Source of the DNA: Bacilli bacterium
Lineage (GTDB): Bacteria; Bacillota_I; Bacilli_A; RF39; UBA660
DNA length: 59,292 bases
Assembly (NCBI GenBank): GCA_036649735.1
Contig: JAVWBB010000001.1
Coordinates: forward strand, 1 to 59,292
Direction of reading: 5' to 3'
Shown one piece after another: positions 47,570 to 56,385 of this stretch. Each line of letters begins with the position of its first letter. Positions within the stretch are counted from its first letter, which is position 1. The notes beneath the pieces were generated by a model, which was not told the origin of the DNA, searched no databases, and saw only the letters and a list, made by a program, of their open reading frames with translations. A program made the translations under genes and the position numbers.

Positions 47570-48181
47570 TTATTCTCCTTTTGGCTTAACTACTACATAT
47601 CTATTAGGTTCTTCACCTTCACTTGATGTATTGACAAATTCATCATCATTTAATGCATTATGAATTATTCTTCGTTCATAAGAGTTCATGGCATGTAATT
47701 TAACTTCAATATTCGTACTTTTAACCTCTTTCGCAATGCGTTTGGCAAAACCTTCTAAATCTTTTTCTCTATTTTCTTTATATTCAGCGACATCAATTAC
47801 AAAATTATAATTACAACCAATTTCATTTCTAACCATTTGTTTAATTATAATTGATAAAGATTCAATTGTTTTACCGTTTTTACCGATTAAAATAGCGTTA
47901 TTATTAGAAAATAAACTAAATTTTACAATTTCATCTCTTTTTTTAACTTCAATTTTAGAATCTATACCCATTTTTTTAGTAATATCTAATATTGAGTATT
48001 TAATAAAATTAATAACTTCATCGATGCTTATAACTTCTATTTCTACTTTTTTACCACCAAATAATGTACTCTTAGTTTCATTTTCTTTAATTATTAAATC
48101 TTTTTCTAATAATTGTAATTGTGATATGGCTAAATCAATCGCTTCTTCTTTAGTTTTAGCTGTGTAAATATTTTTTTTCAT
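47570..48181 (-). CDS. jag: Jag/KhpB RNA-binding protein (KH + R3H)
   Basis: KH-like LIGKNGKTIESL and the R3H region NSYERRIIHNAL. Follows yidC. Confidence 0.9.
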   Translation of the reverse strand: MKKNIYTAKTKEEAIDLAISQLQLLEKDLIIKENETKSTLFGGKKVEIEVISIDEVINFIKYSILDITKKMGIDSKIEVKKRDEIVKFSLFSNNNAILIGKNGKTIESLSIIIKQMVRNEIGCNYNFVIDVAEYKENREKDLEGFAKRIAKEVKSTNIEVKLHAMNSYERRIIHNALNDDEFVNTSSEGEEPNRYVVVKPKGE

Positions 48182-49100
48182 TTAAACTTTTACTCCTTTT
48201 TACAATCATATTTTGAACAACCGTAAACATATTAGTTGTTATCCAATATATTACAAGAGCAGAAGGCATAAACAGGGACATTACAGTAAATACCCCAACC
48301 ATCATTCCTGGCATATTTTTCATTCCGTCTTGATTAGATACAGCCGTTTGATTTAATTTAAAAGAAAAATACGTTGATAAACCAGTAATAATAACTAATA
48401 TTATATAAATTGGACTTTTATCAAATAAACCAATCCATGGTGTTGTTCCTAATTGAAAACCTAAAAAAGTTTCTTCAAATATAGCCGGTACACGATTTAT
48501 AGCTTCCAAGAAAGCTATAAAAAGAGGTAATTGCAGTAGAGCATAAATACAACCTGATAAAGGATTAATATTATATTTCTTATATACTCCTGTCATTTCA
48601 GTACTCTTTTTCATCATCGATTCTTGATCTGTTTTGTCTTTATATTTTTCTTCTATTCTTTTTAAATCAGGATTCGCTTTTTGAAGTAATTCAGACTGCA
48701 TGGCTGTTTTATTAGTAATTGGATAGGCAATTAATCTAATTATTAAACTAATTATTATAATTGATAAACCGTAACTAGAAACAAAATTGCCAATAAATAA
48801 TATTACAAAAGCAAGAGGTTTAATAAATAAACTTGTCCATAACCCCTCATAACCACCTGATGTTACTTTAAAATCTTTACAACTAGGTAAGTCTTTTAAA
48901 ATGTTTTTATCCTGTTTATTATAAACTTCGATTACTTTTTTATTTGTAGGTCGACAAACAATGTTTTTAGTTAAACTTTGTCCTGTCTCAGGATTTACAA
49001 TTGCTTTATTATTTTTATCTTGAAGAATCTTTGTACATCCTGTTAATAAAATAACGGCAATTAAAACTAATGCGATCTTATATCTATTTTTTTTCTTCAT
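48156..49100 (-). CDS. yidC: Membrane protein insertase YidC (lipoprotein type)
   Basis: Lipobox LLTGC, then the YidC/Oxa1 core (LLQLPLFIAFLEAI). Confidence 0.9.
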   Translation of the reverse strand: MKKKNRYKIALVLIAVILLTGCTKILQDKNNKAIVNPETGQSLTKNIVCRPTNKKVIEVYNKQDKNILKDLPSCKDFKVTSGGYEGLWTSLFIKPLAFVILFIGNFVSSYGLSIIIISLIIRLIAYPITNKTAMQSELLQKANPDLKRIEEKYKDKTDQESMMKKSTEMTGVYKKYNINPLSGCIYALLQLPLFIAFLEAINRVPAIFEETFLGFQLGTTPWIGLFDKSPIYIILVIITGLSTYFSFKLNQTAVSNQDGMKNMPGMMVGVFTVMSLFMPSALVIYWITTNMFTVVQNMIVKRSKSLNEKKYLHS

Positions 49101-49425
49101 TCTTTCTCCAATCTAGTAATTGCCATAATGCTTCTTTCAAAATTTGAAAATCCGTATTTAAACAACTCTTCCTTACCATTATAATATAATCAATCCCTTT
49201 TTCATAGTCTTTTTTATATAGGTCAATAATATTTCTTACTTGTCTTTTCAACTTGTTTCTTATTACAGCATTTCCAACTTTTACCCCAACGGATATTCCA
49301 ATTCGATAAATTTCTTTATTGTTAAATGATTTATACACAACAAAATAAGTGTTTTTAATACTTTTTCTTTCATTTATTATACGATTAAAATCTTTATTTT
49401 CTTTAACAATATTTACTTTTTTCAT
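49084..49425 (-). CDS. rnpA: Ribonuclease P protein component
   Basis: The RNR-like motif AVIRNKLKRQVRNI. 113 aa. Follows rpmH. Confidence 0.9.
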   Translation of the reverse strand: MKKVNIVKENKDFNRIINERKSIKNTYFVVYKSFNNKEIYRIGISVGVKVGNAVIRNKLKRQVRNIIDLYKKDYEKGIDYIIMVRKSCLNTDFQILKEALWQLLDWRKNEEKK

Positions 49426-49467
49426 AAAATTCCTCTACTAATTATCAAAAAAACCACTATTCGTGGC

Positions 49468-49590
49468 TTATCTTGCGAGAATTTTACGTCCCTTAGCTCT
49501 TCTTCTATTAGTTATTCCTGCCTTTATTCTTGCAAAAAAACCATGCTTCTTAGCTTTCTTCCTATTATTTGGTTGAAATGTTCTTTTCAT
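49468..49590 (-). CDS. rpmH: 50S ribosomal protein L34 (40 aa)
   Basis: Hand-translated: [50 protein letters not shown]. Not in the ORF track because of its size. Confidence 0.9.
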   Translation of the reverse strand: MKRTFQPNNRKKAKKHGFFARIKAGITNRRRAKGRKILAR

Positions 49591-49738
49591 TTTGTCCACC
49601 TCCATTAACTAAATCTACCCTATTATAATCAATTTATTACTTGTTTGTCAAATTGTTTTTATAAATCTTTCCTAAATTTCATAAAATAATTTATAATTAT
49701 TAAACAAAACCTTTATTTTTTAAACAGGATAATAAATG

Positions 49739-49914
49739 TTTTCCACAATATCCACAGATATGTTGATAACTTTATTAGTAATGTTGATAATTATTTTTCT
49801 AAATTGTGGATAAGTCCATTATTCTTTTATTTAAGTGCGAATTGCTTGTGGAAAAAGGTGTGGATAAGTTGTTGATAACTTTTTTCATAAAATTTTTACT
49901 TTATTTTTTCCACA
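49739..49914. other. oriC upstream DnaA-box cluster (rpmH-dnaA intergenic)
   Basis: Perfect TTATCCACA boxes (reverse) at 49805-49813 and 49859-49867. One-mismatch boxes at 49739-49747, 49748-49756, 49847-49855 and 49906-49914. Three TTATCAACA boxes at 49761-49769, 49782-49790 and 49870-49878. Confidence 0.85.
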
Positions 49915-49971
49915 ATTTGAGATACACTTAATCTAATTATTTATATCTTTAAATCAAGGGGGCGAGATTTT

Positions 49972-51330
49972 ATGAATATATCTGTTTTATGGACTAATTT
50001 TTTAAATACAATTAAACCGGAACTAACATCTCTTGCTTACCTTACTTGGTTTAGTGAAACTAAACTTTATTCAATAGATAATGGAGTAGCAAAGATAATT
50101 GTTCCTATGCCTATTCATAAAAAACACTTAAAAGATAATTATTTTGATTTAATTGTAACTAATTTTAATACTATTGCTGGGGCTAATTTCGAATATGAAT
50201 TTTTATTGGAAGAAGAAGTTAAAAAAAAAGAAGAAACTAAACATCCTGTTGATAATAACTTAAATCTTCCTATTAATAACTTTGTTAATTCTAATTTAAA
50301 AACAATTTATACTTTTGATAATTTTATTGTTGGTAATAGCAATAAATTTGCACATGCGGCGGCTTTATCAGTAGCTGAAAACCCCGGTAAAATGTATAAT
50401 CCTTTATTTATATATGGAAATAGTGGATTAGGTAAAACCCATTTAATGCATGCCATAGGAAATTCAATTGTCAATAACTTAAATAAAAAAGTATTATATG
50501 TGACCAGCGAACAATTTATTAGTGATTTTTTAGGTATTAACAAAAAAGATGAGAATGGAACGAACTTTAATTATGTTGAATACTTTAAAAATAAATATCG
50601 TAATGTTGATGTACTTATAATTGATGATATTCAGTTTTTAGGAGGTGCAGTTCAAACACAACAAGAATTTTTCCACACCTTTAATACATTATATAGTGAT
50701 AATAAACAAATAATTATTTCATCAGACCGATCCCCAGATGATTTAAAAGTCTTAGAAGATCGTTTACGAACAAGGTTTTGTTGGGGACTAACTGTTGATA
50801 TCTTTCCCCCAGATTTTGAACTTCGAGTAGCTATTTTAAGAAAAAAAATATCCGCCGGAGGAGTGGAAAAAAATATTCCAGATGACGTCATTGAATATAT
50901 TGCCTCTAACATGGGAAGTGATGTTAGACAACTTGAAGGTTCCGTAACAAGACTTCTTGCTTATTCAACGATGATGAGTGGAAGTGAAATTAATATTGAT
51001 TTAGCAATAGAAGCATTAAAAGACTATATAAATAAAGGCATTAGTGAAAAAAATAATATTCACAAAATTCAAAAAGTTGTCGCGACTTATTTTGCAATTA
51101 CAGTTGAAGATTTAAAATCAAAAAAAAGAAATTCTTCCATTGCCTTTCCAAGACAAATAGCCATGTACTTATGCCGAAAACTAACAGATGAATCATTTCC
51201 TAAATTAGGTATTGAATTCGGTGGTAAAGACCATTCTACAGTTATTCACTCTGTTGATAAAATAGAGGAAGAAATTAAAACTAATAAAGAGTTGTTTAAT
51301 ATCATTGAAAAATTGAAAAAAGATATCTAA
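49972..51330 (+). CDS. dnaA: Chromosomal replication initiator DnaA
   Basis: AAA+ motifs GNSGLGKTHLMHA and LIIDDIQFL. Domain IV is FGGKDHSTVIHSV. Confidence 0.97.
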   Translation: MNISVLWTNFLNTIKPELTSLAYLTWFSETKLYSIDNGVAKIIVPMPIHKKHLKDNYFDLIVTNFNTIAGANFEYEFLLEEEVKKKEETKHPVDNNLNLPINNFVNSNLKTIYTFDNFIVGNSNKFAHAAALSVAENPGKMYNPLFIYGNSGLGKTHLMHAIGNSIVNNLNKKVLYVTSEQFISDFLGINKKDENGTNFNYVEYFKNKYRNVDVLIIDDIQFLGGAVQTQQEFFHTFNTLYSDNKQIIISSDRSPDDLKVLEDRLRTRFCWGLTVDIFPPDFELRVAILRKKISAGGVEKNIPDDVIEYIASNMGSDVRQLEGSVTRLLAYSTMMSGSEINIDLAIEALKDYINKGISEKNNIHKIQKVVATYFAITVEDLKSKKRNSSIAFPRQIAMYLCRKLTDESFPKLGIEFGGKDHSTVIHSVDKIEEEIKTNKELFNIIEKLKKDI

Positions 51331-51331
51331 T

Positions 51332-51444
51332 TGTGGATTAAATTTTAATATTCAATATTTATCCACAGGCAATTTTTAAAAGTAAGCTTAATTTTAAACA
51401 AATTTAAGACTTATCCACAGTATACACAGTAATAATAATAATAA
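51332..51444. other. oriC downstream element (dnaA-dnaN intergenic): DnaA boxes plus a TAA trinucleotide array (DnaA-trio-like)
   Basis: Perfect TTATCCACA at 51359-51367 and 51411-51419. TAATCCACA (reverse) at 51332-51340. A degenerate box at 51420-51428. These are immediately followed by TAATAATAATAATAA at 51430-51444. Confidence 0.75.
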
Positions 51445-51467
51445 CTTATAAGAAAGAAGGAATATAA

Positions 51468-52589
51468 ATGAAATTAAAAATTAAAAGAGAACTATTATTA
51501 GAAGGTTTAAATAAAGTATCTAAAGCTATATCTACTAAAAACTTAATACCTGTATTATCAGGAATTAAATTTGAATTATCAAAAGAAGGATTAGTTTTAA
51601 CAGCCTCTGATAATGATATATTTATTCAATATAAAATAGAAGAATTAGAAGAAATGGAAGTTATAGAAGAAGGATCAATTATAATTCAAGGAAAATATAT
51701 AATTGATATTGTAAGAAAACTAAGTGAAGAATTTATTAATATAGAAGTATATGATGATTTAAAGATATTAATATATACACCTAACAGTGAATTTAATTTA
51801 AATGGAATAAAAAAAGAAGAATATCCTATTATTAATTTAGAAATGAGTAAAAATCCTATTTTAATAAATATTAAAGAATTTAAAAGCCTAGTTAATCAAA
51901 CATCTTTTGCAACCGCTACTGATGAAACACGTGTAGTTTTAACAGGAGTTAATATTAAAATAGTAGGTAATATTTTAGAATGTAACTCTACTGACTCTTA
52001 TCGTTTAGCTAGAAAAATAATTAAATTAACAAATACTGTGGAAGAAAATTACAATATTGTTATTCCAAGTAAAAATATAATTGAATTTTCTAGATTATTA
52101 AGTGATAGTAAAGAAAATATGGAAATTCATATTTTTAATAATAAAATATTATTTAAAGACAATAATCTATTATTTCAATCTAGATTAATTAATGGAACAT
52201 ATCCAAATACTTCTAATTTAATACCGGATGAAGCTTTAGTTAAGATTACAGTTAATATAAATGATTTTTATGATGTAATTGATCGCGCGAGTATTTTAAC
52301 TAGTGAAAGAGAAAAAAACATAGTTATGTTAGAAACAATTGATAATATGTTATATGTTAGGTCTTTTGCAGAAGAATTAGGGCGTGTTGAAGAAAAAATG
52401 TTAGTTAATAAAAATAATAATGAAAATATAAAAATATCATTTTCTGCTAAATATATGATTGAAGCTTTAAAATCTTTTGAAGGATTAAATGTAGAATTAG
52501 CTTTTTTAAGCGATGTTAAGCCTATAATTATTAAAGATACAGATGATGAAGGATTAATTCAATTAGTTTTACCAATTAGAACATATTAA
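51468..52589 (+). CDS. dnaN: DNA polymerase III beta sliding clamp
   Basis: 373 aa, position after dnaA, and the typical start MKLKIKRELLLEGLNKVSKAIS. Confidence 0.95.
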   Translation: MKLKIKRELLLEGLNKVSKAISTKNLIPVLSGIKFELSKEGLVLTASDNDIFIQYKIEELEEMEVIEEGSIIIQGKYIIDIVRKLSEEFINIEVYDDLKILIYTPNSEFNLNGIKKEEYPIINLEMSKNPILINIKEFKSLVNQTSFATATDETRVVLTGVNIKIVGNILECNSTDSYRLARKIIKLTNTVEENYNIVIPSKNIIEFSRLLSDSKENMEIHIFNNKILFKDNNLLFQSRLINGTYPNTSNLIPDEALVKITVNINDFYDVIDRASILTSEREKNIVMLETIDNMLYVRSFAEELGRVEEKMLVNKNNNENIKISFSAKYMIEALKSFEGLNVELAFLSDVKPIIIKDTDDEGLIQLVLPIRTY

Positions 52590-52610
52590 GACATTAACTT
52601 GTCTTTTTTT
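52588..52610 (+). terminator. Rho-independent terminator after dnaN
   Basis: AAGACA-TTAACT-TGTCTT followed by TTTTTT. Confidence 0.55.
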
Positions 52611-52719
52611 ATTAAACCATAATATGACAATATTCGACTTATACACGTGATAATATAATGGGCCATAGGAATTAAATTCTAGATATAACTCCTATAATAT
52701 TAGATAAGGGGGAAAGAAT

Positions 52720-53169
52720 TTGAAAGAAAACTATGAGATTAATAATGAAACATTAGCTATTTTACCATTAAATGCTAAGACTTCAAAAGTAATTGAAGTA
52801 AATAATGAGTATATTATTAATCGAAGTTCATATCAAATAATGGAAGCAAGTTGTAAATATTTTGGTAGCTCAATGAGTGGACGAATCGAAGGAGCAAATG
52901 AATTAATTGGCAGTAAATATAAAGCACCAATCTTAATAGACGATAGTCGAGAAATAATATTTATTCCAACAGAGGCTATTACAAATGTCAATTGCCATTG
53001 GATTTCATTAAAATATATTTCAGATTTTACTAGTTTAGATAAAAAGACTAATGTTGTCTTTAAAAATGGTAAAATGCTTGATGTTGATATTTCAAAAGGA
53101 TCATTTGAAAATCAAATATATCGAGCTTCTAAACTTGGTTATATTATTAAATCAAGACAAAAAGAATAA
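52720..53169 (+). CDS. comK: ComK-family competence transcription factor-like protein (149 aa, short)
   Basis: ASCKYFGSSMSGRIEGANELIGSKYKAPILIDDSREIIFIPT...CHWISL parallels B. subtilis ComK (CRFFGSSYAGRKAGTYEV...KPPIMVDPSNQIFLFPT...CGWIS). TTG start after GGGGGAAAG. Confidence 0.7.
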   Translation: MKENYEINNETLAILPLNAKTSKVIEVNNEYIINRSSYQIMEASCKYFGSSMSGRIEGANELIGSKYKAPILIDDSREIIFIPTEAITNVNCHWISLKYISDFTSLDKKTNVVFKNGKMLDVDISKGSFENQIYRASKLGYIIKSRQKE

Positions 53170-53312
53170 ATTTAAAAGAAGAAGATAAAATATGATTAAA
53201 AACATATATAAATCTTCTTTTTTGTGTAGTTTTATTTAAAAAAATGTGCTATAATATATTCATATGTATAGGAGTACAAAAAGGGGTGTTGGTTGTTATA
53301 TGAGCATTAAAA

Positions 53313-54464
53313 ATGATATTTTTGAAAATATATGAACTTAAATTAGTCAATTTTCGAAATTATAGTAAATTATCTATAAAATTTAATAATAATGTTAATA
53401 TAATAATAGGAAAAAATGCTCAGGGGAAGACAAATATCTTGGAAAGTATATATATGTTAGCAATTACAAAATCACATAGGCTAATAAAAGAAACAAATAT
53501 TATTAAAGAAGGTCAAAAAAAATTTATTATTGAAGGGCATATCAAAAAAGGACAAATAAATAAAACTTTAAAATTAACTTATCAAGAAAAATTAAAAGAA
53601 ATATTTATAAATAAAACAAAAATAAATAAGATATCTGATTATATAGGTAATTTTAATATCATAATGTTTACACCAGATGATTTAGAAATTGTAAAAGGTA
53701 GTCCCAATGTTCGAAGAAATTTATTAAATATAGAAATAAGTCAAATAAATAAAAACTATTTAAAAATATATAATGAGTATAATAAAATATTAAAAACAAG
53801 AAATGAATACTTAAAAATACTTTATACTAATAGTCTATCTGATAAAAGATATTTAGATATTTTAACCGATAAACTAATAGAAAGGGCTATTATAATATAT
53901 AAAAATAGATATGAGTTTATTGATAAAATAAATAGTAATATTACAACTATTTATAATGAAATAACAAATTTTACAGATTTAAAAATTAATTACATTACTA
54001 ATATTGAAATATTTAATAAAAAGGATTTTAATGATGAGACAATTAAAAGAAATCTATTAGATAAGTTTAAAAAAAATTATAAAAAAGAATTAACGTATGG
54101 AACAACATTATATGGACCTCATCGAGATGATTTTTTATTTAATTTCAAAGGAAATGATTTAAAAATATATGGTTCACAAGGACAACAAAGATTAGCTATT
54201 ATTGCTTTTAAGTTATCCGAAATACCTATTTTTTTAGAGGCAACGGGATATAAACCAATATTATTACTTGATGATATATTTAGTGAAATAGATAAGATTA
54301 AAAAAAATAAATTAATAAAGTTTATTAATAATGATATGCAAGTAATTATTACAACTACAGATTTAGTTAATATAAATAAAAAATTGTTAGTAGGGGCTAA
54401 TATTTATAAAATAGATGAAGGCAAAATAATAATAAAAGGAGAAATAAACAATGGAAAAAAATAA
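53313..54464 (+). CDS. recF: DNA replication and repair protein RecF
   Basis: LKLVNFRNY, Walker [16 protein letters not shown], signature SQGQQR, Walker [13 protein letters not shown]. Confidence 0.93.
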   Translation: MIFLKIYELKLVNFRNYSKLSIKFNNNVNIIIGKNAQGKTNILESIYMLAITKSHRLIKETNIIKEGQKKFIIEGHIKKGQINKTLKLTYQEKLKEIFINKTKINKISDYIGNFNIIMFTPDDLEIVKGSPNVRRNLLNIEISQINKNYLKIYNEYNKILKTRNEYLKILYTNSLSDKRYLDILTDKLIERAIIIYKNRYEFIDKINSNITTIYNEITNFTDLKINYITNIEIFNKKDFNDETIKRNLLDKFKKNYKKELTYGTTLYGPHRDDFLFNFKGNDLKIYGSQGQQRLAIIAFKLSEIPIFLEATGYKPILLLDDIFSEIDKIKKNKLIKFINNDMQVIITTTDLVNINKKLLVGANIYKIDEGKIIIKGEINNGKK

Positions 54465-56373
54465 TGAGATATATGATTCATCCTCTATACAGGTTTTAGA
54501 AGGATTAGAAGCAGTAAGAAAAAGACCAGGAATGTATATAGGTACAACAAGTGAAAGAGGATTACATCATTTAGTATGGGAAATAGTAGATAATGCCATT
54601 GATGAAGCTTTAGCGGGATATGCAACGGATATTGAAGTAAGCATTGGAAAAGAAAATACAATTACGGTTAAAGATAATGGACGTGGTATACCAATAGGGA
54701 TTCTTGAAAAAACTGGGAAATCAGCGGTTGAAACAATATTTACAGTTCTTCATGCTGGAGGTAAATTTGGAGGAAGTGGATATAAAGTTTCTGGAGGACT
54801 TCATGGAGTTGGAGCATCGGTTGTTAATGCATTAAGTGAATGGTTAGATGTAATAATTTATAAAGATGGCAAAACTTATCATCAAAGATTTATAAATGGA
54901 GGAAAACCTGATGGAGTTTTAAAAGAAGTTGGAGAATGTGATATAAATAGAACTGGAACTACGGTAACATTTAAACCTGATCCGGATGTATTTACAGAAA
55001 CAACGGTCTTTGTGTATGAAATATTAAAAAACAGATTAAGAGAATTAGCATTTTTAAATAAGGGTTTAAAAATAATATTAGTTGATGAAAGAGAAGATAA
55101 TAAAAAGGATGAATTTTTATATGCTGGAGGAATTGTTGAATATGTTAAATTATTAAATGGTCCTAAAATTCCTATTCATGAGACTATTGTTGATGCAGAA
55201 GGTATAGAAAATGATATATCTTTAGAAGTGGCTTTTCAATATAATGAAGGCTATAATTCTAACGTTTATTCCTTTGTTAATAATATTACTACACCTGAGG
55301 GTGGAACGCATGAAGATGGGGTTAAAAGAGCACTTACAAGAGTGTTAAATAAATACGCTATTAGTAATAAGTACATAAAAGAAACAGATGAAGCTTTAAG
55401 TGGGGATGATGTTCGTGAAGGAATCACAATGATTATTTCGTTAAAACATCCTAATCCACAATTTGAAGGACAAACTAAAACTAAATTGGGAAATGGTGAG
55501 GTTAGAAGTATTACTGACAAGATATTTAGTGAAGCTTTGGAAAGATTTTTGTTAGAAACTCCAGATCAGGCTAAAATAATTATGGAAAAAGCAACAACGG
55601 CAGCAAGAGCCAGAGTAGCAGCTAAAAAGGCGCGTGAGTTAACAAGGAGAAAAACTCCTTTAGAATCAATTGGTTTTAATGGAAAACTTACAGATTGTTC
55701 AAGTAAGGATGCTACTATCTCTGAAGTGTTTATTGTCGAAGGGGATTCAGCAGGAGGTTCTGCTAAGGATGGAAGAGATTCAAGAACACAAGCTATTTTG
55801 CCACTTAGAGGAAAAATTTTAAATGTTGAAAAAGCAAGATTGGATAGAATTTTTGAAAATGCTGAAATTAGGTCAATGATAACGGCTTTTGGAACGGGAA
55901 TTGGCGATGAGTTTGATATTGAAAAATTAAGGTATCATAAAATTATTATTATGACCGATGCCGATGTTGATGGTGCTCACATAAGGACTCTGTTATTAAC
56001 GTTTTTTTACAGATATTTTAAACCATTAGTAGAAAATGGATATATTTATATAGCTCAACCTCCTTTATTTAAAGTTACACATGGAAAAAATATAAAATGG
56101 ATAATAACTGAAAAAGAATTGGATGAATATTTAAAAACGTTGCCTGAAAATACAAAATATGAACTTTCTAGAAATAAAGGTTTAGGAGAAATGGACCCTG
56201 AGGAATTATGTGATACAACAATGAATATTGAACATCGTGAATTACTAAGAGTTACAGTGGATGACGCTATTAGGGCGGATAATGCTTTTGATATATTAAT
56301 GGGTGAAAATGTTGAACCAAGACGTGAATTTATTGAAAAAAATGCTAAATATGTTAAGAATTTGGATATATAG
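54451..56373 (+). CDS. gyrB: DNA gyrase subunit B
   Basis: [14 protein letters not shown], Toprim [14 protein letters not shown], and [12 protein letters not shown]. Confidence 0.97.
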   Translation: MEKNNEIYDSSSIQVLEGLEAVRKRPGMYIGTTSERGLHHLVWEIVDNAIDEALAGYATDIEVSIGKENTITVKDNGRGIPIGILEKTGKSAVETIFTVLHAGGKFGGSGYKVSGGLHGVGASVVNALSEWLDVIIYKDGKTYHQRFINGGKPDGVLKEVGECDINRTGTTVTFKPDPDVFTETTVFVYEILKNRLRELAFLNKGLKIILVDEREDNKKDEFLYAGGIVEYVKLLNGPKIPIHETIVDAEGIENDISLEVAFQYNEGYNSNVYSFVNNITTPEGGTHEDGVKRALTRVLNKYAISNKYIKETDEALSGDDVREGITMIISLKHPNPQFEGQTKTKLGNGEVRSITDKIFSEALERFLLETPDQAKIIMEKATTAARARVAAKKARELTRRKTPLESIGFNGKLTDCSSKDATISEVFIVEGDSAGGSAKDGRDSRTQAILPLRGKILNVEKARLDRIFENAEIRSMITAFGTGIGDEFDIEKLRYHKIIIMTDADVDGAHIRTLLLTFFYRYFKPLVENGYIYIAQPPLFKVTHGKNIKWIITEKELDEYLKTLPENTKYELSRNKGLGEMDPEELCDTTMNIEHRELLRVTVDDAIRADNAFDILMGENVEPRREFIEKNAKYVKNLDI

Positions 56374-56385
56374 GGGGAAAACAAA

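Noticed and set aside
52640-52660. CACGTG-containing sequence TTATACACGTGATAAT upstream of comK as an additional parS
   Set aside because: Only about 10 of 16 positions match the parS consensus, and the flanking half-sites are not conserved.
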